This document shows positions 24,749 to 38,476 of a DNA stretch of 64,000 nt, piece by piece. Positions within the stretch are counted from its first letter, which is position 1. Every line of letters begins with the position of its first letter. The notes below the pieces were generated by a model, which was not told the origin of the DNA, did no database searches, and was given only the letters and a program-made list of their open reading frames with translations. A program made the translations under genes and the position numbers. The DNA comes from Eledone cirrhosa (lineage: Eukaryota). The stretch is taken from assembly GCA_964016885.1 (NCBI GenBank), contig OZ024745.1:93496001-93560000 (forward strand), read 5' to 3'.

Positions 24749-26410
24749 GAGGTGAAATTTGTTTTTACTATTGTTTTGATGGGTTTTGAAAGAATATGGC
24801 CTTTAAAATGGTTGGGAATTATTTTGTTTTTTAGTTAACTGAGTGAGGGGGCATGCTGGTGTGAATCAAGTATAATAGTAAAAATGAACCTAAAGTTTTA
24901 ATACTTGTACAATGTTAAATGATTTCCAAATTTTTAAAGGCATGCATTTCATTTGATGTTTATATTAAATAAAAACCTGTCACAATCAGGAGATGGTACT
25001 ATTGTTGTCTGTTAAAACAAAAGCAAAGCAGTCTCATTAGTGAGTGGCCAGAAGTAAACAAAAATTTGAGAGACTTAGACAAAATTAACTCAAAAATGGA
25101 GTTTTGAAATGCGAGTGTATTAGAATTCGTAGAAAAAAATGGAAAAACTCGGTATAAAAAAGGATGGATCGACTTTCGTCAAATCGGAACGAGGAAACAA
25201 TGTTTTCGTCGGTCTTTCCAATTGCTAATACTACTATCGGTTGCAACTCCAGGTAGAAGGAGCAACGTGAAATAAAATGTCTTGCTCAAGGGCATAACGC
25301 ATCGCCTGGTCCAGGAATCAGTATAAGGAAACTGTTAAAACAGCAAAATACCATCAAAACGATGTTGGGTAAAACATTACCTCGAAGGACAGAAATCAGC
25401 AGCTCGAAGTGAGTTGCCTTGAAGAATTGATAGGAAGGAAGAAATAGAATGCATAATAGCAGATCACAAACATTTAAATACACTCATCAGCTTTCAGATC
25501 ACCTGCAGTTTCAATGATTTGACTGAAAGATTTGAGAAACTTGTCGGACCTTTATAAAATGGATAAAATATTTTTTTAAATCGTTATATAATGGAGTTGG
25601 GAAACAAAAACTATACTCTAAATGACACTTAAGATATTTTAAGTATCAAAATATTAAAACTTCTTAAATATATTTTATACTCATGAGAATTTCAAAACAG
25701 TGCCTTCTAAACATAATGCTACCTGGGCTTATAAATGGGGTTTGGAAATTTGCTCATTTCTCAGATATAAAATCAGAGGTCAGCTTATATTCTGATCAGC
25801 ACATATTCAGATTGGCTTATATTCGAGTAAATACAATAAACTGCACCAATGCCAGAAAAAAAAGTTTGACAAACACCAATTATATTATCACTAAAGACAT
25901 CTCAGACAAAAACTAGTGATTGTGCAGCATTATAAATACCTGGAGGGTGATAATTAATGATAAAGAACTGTACAGACAATGATTGCACTAGCCAAACCCA
26001 AACCAACATAGAAAGATAAGAATATCACCAAGAGAAATAAGATCAGATTGCTACATGCATTGGTGCTCTCCATCATCTTATAAACATATAAGGTATGGAT
26101 TCTTACTTCAGAAATACAAAGAAAAATATAGGTGCTTGGACTGAGATCCTACTGCAACATCTTAGGTATCTCACAAGCTGTGTTGATATAGATTAAAAAG
26201 TTTCCACAAATATATTCAGATGTTACAGGTGATTACAGAAGTGTTGGTTCATCATATACATGTTCTAAGACAAATTCAGTTATCTTGAAGAAACACCTAC
26301 ACATCATTGAAATTGATTTCATATTTTCACAGCAGTTTAATTTTGTACAACTAATATATATGATCCTTTAAGAAATTATAATCATTTATTGTTTACTTTT
26401 AAAAATTTAG

Positions 26411-26509
26411 AATAATGCTCAAACTTATTTTGGTCTTTTAATAATTATCGATGTGAATGATAATCCACCAGTTTTCGTGAATAAACCATATGCAACAACT
26501 ATTCCTGAG
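26411..26509 (+). CDS. Cadherin-repeat exon (NNAQTYFGLLIIIDVNDNPPVFVNKPYATTIPE)
   Basis: tttAG...GTAAGA, 99 nt, phase 0-0. Contains the DxNDNxPxF and PE calcium-binding motifs. Confidence 0.92.
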
Positions 26510-26689
26510 GTAAGAATCTAACTTTATCTTTCCATGAATTAAATACAAATATATGTGGATGTGTATATATATATCCACAAATATATGTGGATGTATATAT
26601 ATATATATTGCATATTCACATTCCTTTTCAGGTACAGAAAGCAGTTGACAAGACAACACAGTCACCACTGGGTAACCCCCCCCCCCCCC

Positions 26690-29000
26690 TTCCCATCTAC
26701 TGTAAGGTAACACAGTTTAGGGCTGCCAAACTCAATGGTGACACACTGAAAGGTAGGTCAGGTGAAATAGTTGAGGATTATAACTGTGTGCTGTGTTCAA
26801 GAATTGAAATGGAGGGGAGTATCAGACAAACTCCTTACTAACAAACCGTATAGATATGTTCTTTTGAGTAGATAATGGCGATGGAATAGGTGGAATAGGC
26901 ATTTTACTAACTGAGAAGTGGATCGATAAGGTAAGTGAGAGTAAGTGACAGAAATGGGAAGCTCAGAATATTCATAGGCAATAGAACAACAGTTATTTTC
27001 ACTTACACACCACAATCAGGGCTAAGTAAAAAACAAAATACTATTTCTAGGAGTTCTTCTTACTGTTATCTTCAGTAACAGATGATAATGACTTCATCCT
27101 AGCTAGTGGTTCCAGTGGACATATTGGAAAGCACTTGAATATCTATATGTGGTTATGGATATAACTTGAAAAATGAAAGGGGATCAAAGCCCCTGGAATT
27201 CTATGATGCAACTGAATTAACAAACCATTTGCAACACTAACTTCAAGAAACAGGCCAACCACTTGGTTACTGACTAATCAAGTGAACATGCAAGCCAGAT
27301 TTACTTATTACTCATTAGAAAATGGGATAGATGGGTCGTTATGAGTGTTATTTCATTTCTTGGAGAAGAATGCAATTCCCCAGCATAATGACATAAGAAT
27401 AAGAACTAGATGAAATGAGAGATGCAGGAAAATCTGGAGAAGGAGGGTATGGAAGCTAACGGACATCTCAATTAAATATAGGTTAAGAAAGGCTATATAT
27501 GATGTATATATTGAGAGGGAGGAAGAGTGGGGTTAGATACATACGACATAGAGGACAATTGGAAGTTTCTGTGTGACAACCTACTGCAGGCTACTGATAA
27601 GACTTGTGGCTTGAGCAACTTCTTTTTTATGTTCAGCGGGCACACTAGTAGTTGATAGTTTCTTCTACCTAGGTGATCTTATCAGTAGTGGGGGTGGGTG
27701 TACCAAAAACATTGTGTCGAGGATAAAAATAGGGTAGAAAAAATTCAAGGAGCTGTTACCTCTGGTAGCAACAAAAGATTTTTCTCAGAGTGAAAGGCAG
27801 ACTGTATAATGCTTGTGTATAAACTGGGATGCCCCGTGATTATAAAACCTGGGATTTAAATTCAGAAATGAGGTACCATGCTGTGATGGGTGTGTAATAC
27901 AAGTCTGCTAGGAGCATAGGTGAGTGGAGAGGAAAAATATGTATAAAAGGAATAATTTTTAATATACAAGTGAAAAGGTTGTGATGCTTTGAAGATGTGG
28001 CATTGCATGAAGGATGTCAGTTGTATAAAGAAGTACTGGGCTCTTCAAATGGATGAAGCCCGTGAAAGAGGAAGACGTGGGACAGAGTTTTGAAAACTGA
28101 CTCCAAGAAGCTGAATCTGACAACAAGATTGACAAAGGGCTGTAATGATTAGCATGGTGTTGGAAAAGACCTATTCACTGCTGCAAGCAGGAAACCTTAC
28201 ACAATCTTGTTAAATCCCTTGCTCTCTTAATCTGTTCTTACTCTCTCACATATCCTATCTGCTATATCTCATCTGAAACACTCTCATTCACCGTCTTTCA
28301 GATAGCTTTTGGTCTGTCAGACTTCCACTGTTCTCTGATGCTCCGCCACTTCTGTGTCAATTTCTTGATGCTACTCCCCACAATGAAGGATACTCCAAAT
28401 CTTATATTCATATAAAACCAATCCTTCTCCCTGCCTACAATCTTATGAATCTATCCTACCTCCACTGCAATCTTATTTGAGCAGCCAGCCATCACACTAC
28501 CTCCTCAAAACCATTTTAAACAATATTTACCACCTAACACTTGTTTTTACTCTTTCCTTATCCCTCCGTAACAAATGTATAGCTACCATTACTATCTGCA
28601 GTATGTCTCCCACCAAAATTTCAAACACTCTCCTATTCTGCTTCTCTTTGCCCTGCTGAGGTCATAACAATCTGTCTAGTGTTAATCCCTCGTTAAAATG
28701 TATCCAGTACACATTGTACTGGTATCGTGATAAAGCACATTTAATGTATTCTGTAAATTGGTAGTGTTGGTGCCATGATAAAATGCACCTAGTACACTTT
28801 ATAAAGCAGTGGTGCTAGTACCATGATAAAATGTACCCTGTACACTCTGTAAAGTAGTTGGCATAAGTAAGGGCACTCAGCTGTAGAAACTATGTCAAAT
28901 ATGGAATACGTGAGCAAGATGAGGTCTCACTAACCCATTTAGTCTGACTGTGACAATCCGTTCAACCCCTGCAAGTGTGTAAAACCAATGTATAATGGTG
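26690..29000 (+). mobile_element. Heavily deleted, degenerate RTE LINE filling the intron
   Basis: Endonuclease remnants (TLKGRSGEIVE; GIGGIGILL.EKWIDKV), RT C-terminal remnants (~27650-28150), and 3'-UTR tandem modules at 28700-28900. Confidence 0.65.
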
Positions 29001-29115
29001 TAGCTTTATTATAGATTCTTTATTGTAATATTACATATTATTGAATATGAAAATTTAAGTACAAAATATATGTGAAATTATATAATTTTTTTTGATTTCT
29101 TTGTTTTTCTCACAG

Positions 29116-29202
29116 AATTTTACATTAAATGCAATAATAACAGGTTTAAATATACAAGCAATAGATGCTGATCAAAATCCTGATCTAAATTTTACTTTGA
29201 AA
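29116..29202 (+). CDS. Cadherin-repeat exon (NFTLNAIITGLNIQAIDADQNPDLNFTLK)
   Basis: Long pyrimidine tract + cacAG, donor GTAAGG, 87 nt, phase 0-0. Continues PE|N and contains the AxDxD motif. Confidence 0.92.
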
Positions 29203-30015
29203 GTAAGGATATAGCTTCTTTCTCTTTTTTTAAATTAAACTCGCGAGTAATTCAATGTATTTTAAAATGAAATAACTTAATTTATCTAATGTGTATTCAA
29301 TGTATATTTTAAGAAAATTCAATTTCAAAAGTTGATTCTAACTACAATTTCAGATGTGAAAGTTCCATATGTATCATATCTATAATCAAGTTTCCTGTTT
29401 CTCAAAAGCCTCCGATTACCTACCTGTAAATAGTTGGAACATGTAAACTGTTAAACAGTTGCAACACAACAGCAGTCTATCCAACAAAATATTTGTCTCT
29501 CATCTGCTTAATGTTATAGAAACTGGATTTTTGTTAATGCTGGCCATAAACAAACATCACTGCTGCCAAAGTAGTGTCAATGTAAAGACAGACAAAGACA
29601 AACACTTATGCATATACAAACACAAAACACACATATGTATACATACATGATTGTCCATTAATATCTGAAGAGGACTGTCATGGACTATAGATCTTTTGGC
29701 CAACATTACAAACAAAGCTGCATATATACCTATCAGTACAAAGAAGTGCATTTTGATGTATAGCATCTTTTAAAGATCCTAATAAACTTGCAGAGTTTCT
29801 CACATGAATTGCATGTTATGTAAGTTATTATCATGAACTTACTGTAGTCAAACTTTTGTTTGGCCTTGTAAATTTATTGGTAACTAACCAGGCCAGCCTT
29901 AGAAAAACATATACAACCATAATAACTGCAAACCAAGTTTACCGAATTCACATGACAAATTGTGTGTTTATGAGCAGCATGAGAGCTGTATATTGTTTTG
30001 AAAACATCCTTTATC

Positions 30016-30600
30016 CAGAGGCATAACTAGGGTATGGCAAGCATGGTACATGCCATGGGTGCCACGTGAATGGGTGGGCACTTGAACTAGGAGCACATTC
30101 TATTAAAGCCAGATAAGTTATCCTCAGAGAGTGAAAAAAGAAACTTCTTCAGATGTATGATCTGTCTTTGATTTCCATGGGTGAGAAACATTATGGTCGC
30201 TGGATCAGTAAACCATTTATATGAGTTATTAGGCCCACAGATAAAAAATATGGTGTTGGGAACTACATGTCCACATAGGCATACCTCATAGTATGACTTG
30301 TCAAATATTTTAATAGGGTCTAATATTTTGTCAAAGATCAGTATTATACATATCACTTCCTTTAAATACACTAAACTGCATGAGATCATTCAGCAATTTG
30401 AAACTGATACTCTCCTATTTGAGAGCCTTCATGGATCAAGTCAGACTCTGTGATCTTGCTCTTCTCAGTGTAGAAAGAGAAGAAACAGAAAAAAACTAAC
30501 TTTGACCACATCATAGACAAATTTGCATCAGTAAAAGCAAGGATGATGCAGTTTTCATTTCCATGTATTGTTTTCAATTAAAAAAAGGAAGGAACACGAT
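30016..30600 (+). mobile_element. Internally deleted hAT (Tip100/Zaphod-like) transposon relic
   Basis: TIR-like start cagaggcataactagggtatggcaagc. 30383-30555 reads RSFSNLKLILSYLRAFMDQVRLCDLALLSVERE...FDHIIDKFASVKAR, the hAT C-terminal dimerisation domain, with a frameshift. Confidence 0.75.
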
Positions 30601-30869
30601 TAGTATTTTTTGAGCTGATTTTATGGTTATCTGAATAATGGGTGTCAGTTGTTTGAACAGGCGTGCAATTTCATTGCTTGCCATAGACGCTATTTTCTCT
30701 AGTTATGTCTCTGCTTTTATATTTTCCATTGGTAGTGATGAAAAGCAATTCTTTTTCAATTGTTCTCACATATTGAAACTGCTTCCTAAGTTTGTGCTAG
30801 GAGTACTCGCCTCATATGAGTTCACCATACACCTTGAACTTCTGGGCCTTTTACTCATTCATTTGTATA

Positions 30870-31120
30870 ATGTATTGGGTACAATGTAAATGGAGCTTGT
30901 TTCATTGCTTTAATACTCTGAACATCAGGGCAGCAAGAAGTTGTCCATTGATCCCATACTCCTGCAGAACCTTCCACAACAGGTCCCATGGAATGCTGTC
31001 ATATGCCTTTTTGAGGTCTACAAAACCAGCATTCAACTCTTAGCAACACTCCCATGATTTCTCAAAGACTTGCCGCAGTGTGAATATTTGGTCAGCTGTG
31101 CTGCATCAGGGATGAAAACC
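30870..31120 (-). mobile_element. Degenerate LINE RT fragment
   Basis: The minus strand contains FVDLKKAYDSIPWDLLWKVLQEYGINGQLLAAL-like sequence. Confidence 0.6.
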
Positions 31121-32215
31121 ACACTTCACCAGCTACCTTGGACTCAATATCCCTACATCTCTTGGCAGAGTTGTTCTGCTAGAGAACAGGTTGCAGATAA
31201 TGGATAGCATTACAGCCACCATATATGAAGTTAGTTGAGATATAAGCAACCCCAAACCAACAGTGTTAAACTACTAGAGGAGATGGTGTAATGGGTGACA
31301 CTGTTAGCTCCCAAGAAAACTCATAGTCCAGTGATGTAGCTACAACAAATAAGAGCCTAGTCTTTGTGGGTCTGAGAAAAGTATCAAATTGGGGACTCGC
31401 ATAAATAAGATCACCAAAACACCGCAATATGGCTAGACACAATAAAGGCAGTCATGCTTCATTAGCCTTCATGTGGGGGTAACAAGGGTCACATTTAGGC
31501 CTTAGGTAGAGAAATCTGTTTGAAAAATATATTGCAGATTCCATCCAATGCTACAAGAACTGGCAATGGGCCTGCAACATGTCCTATGAGGTATGGGATG
31601 GATGCTCAAGGGTTACATATCCTAAGACCCCAAGTCTCCGGAAGGGAACAAACCTTGACAATTGCTCTTTACAGGTAAGGAGCAGAAACTAATGGAGGAG
31701 GCCAAATGCTACCAGCTAAATAAAGTTTGGGTTTCTTCAACAAAGTTCCATGGCTCTGGTACTATTTGGATGGAGAATAGAAGCTCCACTATTTAGGTAT
31801 GGTGGCAGAAAAGACTGCACAGATGGGAGTGGAGATACTCACAAGCCCTGAATGAACTGAATCTCATAGGGAGGGAATATTTGCCTCATGAAGCTTAAGC
31901 TGAAAAAAAGGTCTCTGTGGGTGGTGCAAGTTTATGTGGCAAACAGACAGTCCGGATACAGATGCTTCCTCAATGATGTCACTACAGTATTAAATGTAGT
32001 TAAGACTAAGTCATATAACCTCATGGGTGATAATTGCTGAAATGAGAAAAATTGTATTATCTATGTAGATATCTATCAAGAGAAAGAAACAAGTATCCTG
32101 AGTAGGCAGTAAGCAATAATTTCTTGTTGATGATTCAGAGATTTTAAATCAGATATAGTTATTTCCAGAGTTTCAATAGAATTTAGATTACATTTAGTGT
32201 AAGGTCTTGCAGTAT

Positions 32216-32430
32216 TTACCCTTTAGCATTTAAACCGGCCATATCTGGCCAGAATTCTTTCACCTCTTTCTGTTCTAACTGGCCATAACTGGTCACTCAT
32301 ACTGATGTTAAGGTATTCTTCTCAAAATAAATAATATCAAAATCTCATAGGTTTGATATTATGTGATATAAAGCCTTTACCACAAAAATACAATCGTATA
32401 TATAAAGTAATGTAAATGCTAAAGGGTTAA
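32216..32430. mobile_element. piggyBac-type MITE, copy 3
   Basis: (tta)ccctttagcattta ... taaatgctaaagggttaa. Confidence 0.8.
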
Positions 32431-32624
32431 TTATAGACTATGGTAAGCTATATTATATATTGGAATTGTGTGGACCCCAAATAATTTGTGCAAGTGAAAT
32501 AGTGTTTTTCTTATTTCCATTTCTAAAAGAATGTAAGAGTTAGATATGGCTTCTATACAAGAATTTTTACTATTTTCTGTGACAACTGTATATTTAAAGA
32601 TAACATTTTCCCTGACAATGTCTT

Positions 32625-32849
32625 TTAACTCTTTAGCATTTACATTACTCTATATATACTATTGTATTTTTGTTGTAAAGGCTTTATCTTACATAATATC
32701 TCACATAATATCGAATCTGTGAGATTTTGATATTTATTTTGGGAACAATACCTTATCCTTGATATGAGTGGCCAGTTATGACCAGTTTGAACAGAAAGAA
32801 GTAACAGAACTCTGGCTGGATATGGCCAGTTTAAATGCTAAAGGGTTAA
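32625..32849. mobile_element. piggyBac-type MITE, copy 4 (inverted relative to copy 3)
   Basis: ttaactctttagcattta ... taaatgctaaagggttaa. Confidence 0.8.
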
Positions 32850-33279
32850 GTGGACAATTTTCACTGATTCAATCATTACACTCCTAAATAGCAGCTCTAG
32901 TATTTGTAGATATGCTAGGTACCATTTATGATTATTGTGAAGATGAATTTATTATAGTTATTATTAGAGTCACTGCTTATTACTTTTAGTTGCTTTATTT
33001 AACTTAACTAAAGGATTATTTAATATAAATTTTCTTGCTATAAACATGTTCTGAAGGACTCTGTGAGTATTTCTTTAGTTGTAGCTAGTTAAAAACAAAT
33101 TTTGTTTTTAAATTCAAATATGGAGAAGTGTCTATAAATATATTTTGTAACTATTTCAACCACTTGACACCTTGAATATACACCTCTAAATTTCATTTTT
33201 GTAAATATCTTTTAACCATGGTTTTATAATAATTCTATAATTGACAATTTTAATAAATGTTTATTTATTTCAATTTCAG

Positions 33280-33291
33280 CCTGCTGGTCAA
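33280..33291 (+). CDS. Candidate 12-nt microexon of the cadherin gene (PAGQ)
   Basis: tttatttatttcaatttcAG|CCTGCTGGTCAA|GTGAGT: strong acceptor and donor, phase 0-0, GC-richer than its flanks. Confidence 0.72.
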
Positions 33292-33804
33292 GTGAGTATA
33301 TTTTGAGTTGACCTTTATTCCTTTCAAAAAAATCTTCCATTAAAAAAAAATTTACTTTGGTAATAATAGATTAACAATTGTTTAGTTTGGCAATCGATAC
33401 TGAAAAGGAATGTTCTGAAAATTATATTGATGTAAACTTGAATATTGTTAAATAATTTAACAGAGTAATCTTATTGAAATTGATGTACTAATTCATTCAA
33501 TCAGTGATATTAAGGTAAATTGCTCTGACATTACCCACAAGTAACTCGAGAAGATTTTTTTAAATGTTAACAAATATATAACCAAAACACAAAATTTTCA
33601 GATACAATATTCAGAAATATCACTACTAAACCATACGTATATGTTACATTGAGTCAATACAGTATAAAACAAAAACTAAAAATTTGAACACACCTATGAC
33701 AACCAAAGAAGTGCTTGGTTGTGTAGTGAAAAAATGCATTAAAAATAACATTAGGATACAAATAAATACACAATATAAAAAAAAACTTTTTTTCTTGCTT
33801 TCAG

Positions 33805-33924
33805 AACTCAGTTGGAATTGAAAAGTTTATGAAAATTGATAAATCATACAAAGGTGATATCATACTAATTAAACAATTGGATTATGAAACAAGAAATTTT
33901 TTTGAATATACAGTATTTGTAAAT
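33805..33924 (+). CDS. Cadherin-repeat exon (NSVGIEKFMKIDKSYKGDIILIKQLDYETRNFFEYTVFVN)
   Basis: tttcttgctttcAG ... GTAAGT, 120 nt, phase 0-0. Contains F.ID...G.I.L...LDYE. Confidence 0.93.
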
Positions 33925-34004
33925 GTAAGTTTAAAAGATTAATTTCTCCTGATATATATTTTCTTCTTTTCTTAATTCAAACAACAAAATAATATATATA
34001 TATA

Positions 34005-34525
34005 AATGTATGTATAGTATATTTGGGAATATACTGTATGTTTAATTAAAACCATTTTGAAGACCATACGCTATCGGTTTTAAAGTAGTGACTATGTCAC
34101 TTACTTCTTTTCAGCAAAAGAGGAGAGAGAAGCTAACAGTCTGTTTCACGCTGTTTGGCGATCATCAGAGCTACGCACTCCCTGCTTCCGCCGAAAATTA
34201 TAGAAGCTGGATTCTTATAGAATTCCAAAAATAATCAGGAGCTGATTATACAGAGCGATTGCTGGTCCAGCAAAAATTAGGTATTAGGATTGGTGCTCTG
34301 AAATAGCGATGTATACATGAATGTATATATAGTATATTTGGCAATATACAGTATGTATAATTAAAAACAGTTTCAAGACCATCTGGAATTCTATAAGAAT
34401 CCAGCTTCTATAATTTTCGGCGGAAACAGGGAGTAAAATGTTTTTAATTAAACATACAGTATATTGCCAAATATACTATACATACACTCATGTATACATC
34501 GTTATTTCAGAACACCAATCCTAAT
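34005..34525 (-). mobile_element. Short non-coding hammerhead-bearing retroelement (~315-nt unit, terminally redundant, with inverted fragments); same family as 52415-52815
   Basis: 34007-34067 is repeated at 34320-34382. 34383-34434 and 34435-34525 are inverted copies of internal parts. Flanked by (TA)n. Confidence 0.75.
34131..34172 (-). ncRNA. Type I hammerhead ribozyme
   Basis: Minus strand: agct CTGATGA t cgc caaaca gcg t GAAA cag a ctg TT agct. Confidence 0.75.
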
Positions 34526-34759
34526 ATATATATATATTTATTTATTTATTATAAGAACAGATTAAAGTTTAAGCAAAGAATTGCTGCTTTAACTCTTAAC
34601 AGGATTTTCTGAAGATCTTTGCAATTCTTTGCTTAAACTTTAATCTGTTCTTATAATAAATAAATATTTGCTGTACGGGTATTTTATATCATCATCATCA
34701 TCTTCATTTAACGTCCATCTTCCATGTTAGCATGTATTTTATATATGTATATATATTCC

Positions 34760-35112
34760 TTATCGAGCCCTCTTCAGTCCTTCAGTCTCCAATTTCAGTC
34801 CAGAGGATGCCAGCCACTGATGGGTTAAAGTTTTGTCAACATCAAGATTGTTAGCTCTTTCTGGGTATTTTCCATACAGAGGCTTTTCTTGCCATTTCTT
34901 AGCCAGTTTCTTTAATAGTTCTTTCTTTGCAGTTACTTTTACCTGCTTTGCTTTTTCTGTCTTTTTCATTTCAGCAGTAAAGGGAACTTCTGAAATTTGT
35001 AGTTCATTATTGTATCTATGTGCATCTAGCGTTTCAAAACGATTTTCATCATCCAATCATGTGATTCCCTTAGATCCAATTGTTGCAGTTTTCAAAGAAA
35101 TATCTAACTGGA
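34760..35112 (-). mobile_element. Fragment of an R4/Dong-like (RLE-type) non-LTR retrotransposon
   Basis: KWQEKPLYGKY...VDKTLTHQWLASSGLKLETEG matches the W..KPLHG..-QWL..G.LK.ETEG post-RT motif of R4/Dong elements. Adjacent (TTA/TAA)n. Confidence 0.7.
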
Positions 35113-35179
35113 TTATTATTATTATTATATATATATATAAATAATAATAATAATAATAATATAAATATATACATATATA

Positions 35180-38100
35180 TATCAACATCATCATCAGCAT
35201 CATCATCGTTTAACGTCTATCTTCCACGCTAGCATGGGTTAGACGGAAGTTGTCCTACTTGAGGCAAGATTGGTCGGGTGACCGTGTCTCGCTTGTATAG
35301 GACTATCTGGCAGGTTTTCTACGGCTGGATGCCCTTCCTAACACCAACCACATTTACAGTGTGGACTGTGAACTTTTTACCATGTTACCTACACGGCCAC
35401 ATTACAGCGTGGACTGTGTGTTTTATTTTCTCGTGACACCTACACGATCTCGATCTCATTATCTTATTTGGACTGGATGTTGTGGTACAAACTTTACAGA
35501 GAGAGGGTGGTGTTAGTGGGAGTGAGAGGATGGAGTAGGGGTAGTGGGTTGGGGTGTATATTTGGTTAAGAGGTGCCTACTGACTGTAGGTAGGTTTCGC
35601 TTTGTACATAGGCAAGGCGGGTCTTCTGTATTACTGCGTGGCTCCAAAGATCTCGGTCCAGTGACATTGTCTTAGACAGGCGCAAATGTGTAAGGTTGGA
35701 CGGAATTTATCAAATCGTCCCAGGTTTTTCTGGGACTACCTACTCCGTAACTTCCATCAATTTTGATCGCCCTGCACATTTTTATACAACTGTCGTCTTT
35801 CATGCGCATCACGTGACCATACCAACATAGTCTTCTCTCAAGTAAACAGCATCTGATCCCTCTTATTCCTAATTTCTCACTTAGTTCATTTATGTTTTGC
35901 CATGCTTCGTTCCTTTCCAGTCTGCGCAGGTTCTCTGCACGCAATGCCCATGTCTCACTGCCATGTAACATTGCTGTTCGTATACAGGCATCTTACAATC
36001 TGCCTTTCATTTTTAGAGAGAAACCTTTAGTGGCCAATAGTGGTATAAACTCTCTGAACTTTTTCCATCCCGTTCTGACTCTGGCTACTGTACTTTCAGA
36101 GCACCCTCCACCACTGCTGATTTTGTCACCCACTATTTCTATAGAACCATCTGGGCAATAGAAGGAGCTAGTATCCTGTGGACACTTGCTACTTATTGCA
36201 CCTGAGCATCGGCCACATATAAAATCTACGTTCTTAGATAGTTTACCTGTGATCCCACTACATCTTTTATGTACCCATAGTTTGCATTTGGGACATAAAA
36301 TGGAATTTCTACTTACTCCTTTCCTACACACTGAGCATGGCCATTTCCCAGAGGGCACCTGTGCCCTATTTTCCTTTCTACATACTATAACTTTAGTATT
36401 AGACAAGTTAACATTAAGGCCTTTTGATTCTAGGCCATGCCTCTATGTTTGGAATTTCTTCTCTAGTTCAGCCATAGATTCAGCTATGAGAGTTAAATCA
36501 TTTGCGTTTAGAAGTTCCCATGTGCAGCTGGTCTTAAACTCCTCTGTTATAGCCTGAAGTGCAATAATAAATAGGAGGGGGCTAAGGACAGAGCCTTGAT
36601 GAACACCAACTTTTACGCTAAATTCTTCACAATATTCATTGTTAATTCTAACCTTACTGACTGCTTCAGTATACATAGCTTGTATAGCTCTCACAATCCA
36701 TTCATCTACACCTAGTTTTCTAAGAGCCCACCAGATAATGGAGGGGGGGGGGGGGGGTTACTCTGTCAAAGGCTTTCTCCAAGTCAACAAAAGCTAAGTA
36801 GAGGGGTTTACTTTTAGCTAGGTACTTCTCCTGTAGATGTCGTACAAGGAAAAGTGCGTCTGTGGTACTTTTACCAGACACAAACCCAAACTGCATTTCA
36901 TCTAGATCAATTCGATCTCTGATTAGTTGTACTATAACTCTTTCTGTGATCTTCATGACCTGGACAACTAACTTAATGCCTCTATAGTTTCCCCTATCTA
37001 GAGCATCTCCTTTACCTTGTAGCAGTTAATGATGATGTTGTTACGCCAGTCATTTGGTATGACCCCATTCTGTATTACTTGGTTTACTATCTGGGTGACC
37101 ATAGTATGTCCCACCATTCCAGATGCTTTCAACATCTCAGCAACTATCACCGAAGGCCCAACTGCCTTGCCTGTCTTCACATCTTTGATTGCCTTACTTA
37201 TTATACTACCTCTAACTTGCACTGCTGGTCCCCCTATTGGGTCGATTTGGGGCAGACTATCTTTTTTCCCATTTATTCTCCTCATTTAGTAGTCTCTCGT
37301 AGTGACACTTCCAAGCTACCTTCTTATCAGTATCATGAGGGAAAGTACACCATCATCATTACAGACACACTTCTCCCCGACAATACCACGGTTTTCCTTG
37401 ACACATTGTCTAGCAATCCTGAACACCTCACGTTTTTGGTTCTTACATTGTAGAACAAGCTTGAACTTACTATCCTCTGCTTCACCTTTTCCAAAGTATA
37501 CTTGTCTCCTAGCTTCTCTCCTGGCCACTTGATAGTGTTCTCTACTTCCCTCATCCCGCCATACTTTCCAAGCCTGCTTTTTGGCCTTGATTGTCTCCTC
37601 CACTTTACTGTTCCACCACCAAATTACTCTCCTCCTGCTCTTGCCACAGATTTCATCTGTTGCCTTCAGCAGGTTAATTTTCAAAAATTCCTACTGTTCC
37701 TCTATATTGTACGTCTCTAATTGCTCTTCCTTACTGTCAAAAGCATCAAGTAATATGCTTTTAAATTTGTCACTGGCTGTGGGGCCCTTCAACTTCCATA
37801 TTCTTCTACTCAGGGTAGTCCTCCTCTGTTGTCGAGTACGTCTAGTCCTGACTATGAGGTCACTAACTATGAGGCTATGTTGGGAGGTGCATTCTTCACG
37901 GGGGAGGGATTTAGTGTTTACAACAGACACTGTCACGTCTTCTAGTAAGGATATAATCTATCTGGCTGGTGTGTTCCCCTAATCTATAGGTGATCAAGTG
38001 ATTGTTTCGTTTTCTGAAGTTTGTGTTACAGATAGTTAGGTTATTAGCGTCACAGAATTCCAGGATTCTGAAGTTACCTCATTTCTAGTACCAAACCCAT

Positions 38101-38476
38101 AGCCTCTATGGATTCTTTCATAGCCATCACAATGTTGTCCAATGTGACCATTTAGGTCGCCAGCAATAATTATGCAGTTACTGTCGGTTATTTGGGAGCT
38201 AGTGAGCATTAGCAACTCATAGAACCTGTCTTTTATAATGACAGGTAGGCCAGATTGGGGTGCATAAGCGGATATTATTGTCACAGTAGTTCTATTTAGG
38301 ACTAGTCTTATTTTAATTATTCTGTTGTTCACTCTATTTACGGCAATTACCTTATCTACCCATTTTTCTGCTAGCATAATTCCTACTCCACCCAGCCCAT
38401 TGTCATTTCCTACCCAGAAAAGTTTATAGCATCGTTTTTTACCCACAATGAATCTAGCAGATCCACCCTCCACCTA
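35180..38476 (-). mobile_element. RTE-clade LINE, near full length, pseudogenised (APE endonuclease + RT)
   Basis: SAYAPQ and AGDLNGHIG (APE); QFGFVSGKSTTDA, AFVDLEKAFDRV, GVHQGSVLSPLLF and degenerate (Y)ADD; a PHD-like Cys cluster; LCWYGHVMRM; (GAT)n tail at 35185-35207. Multiple stops and frameshifts. Confidence 0.93.
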
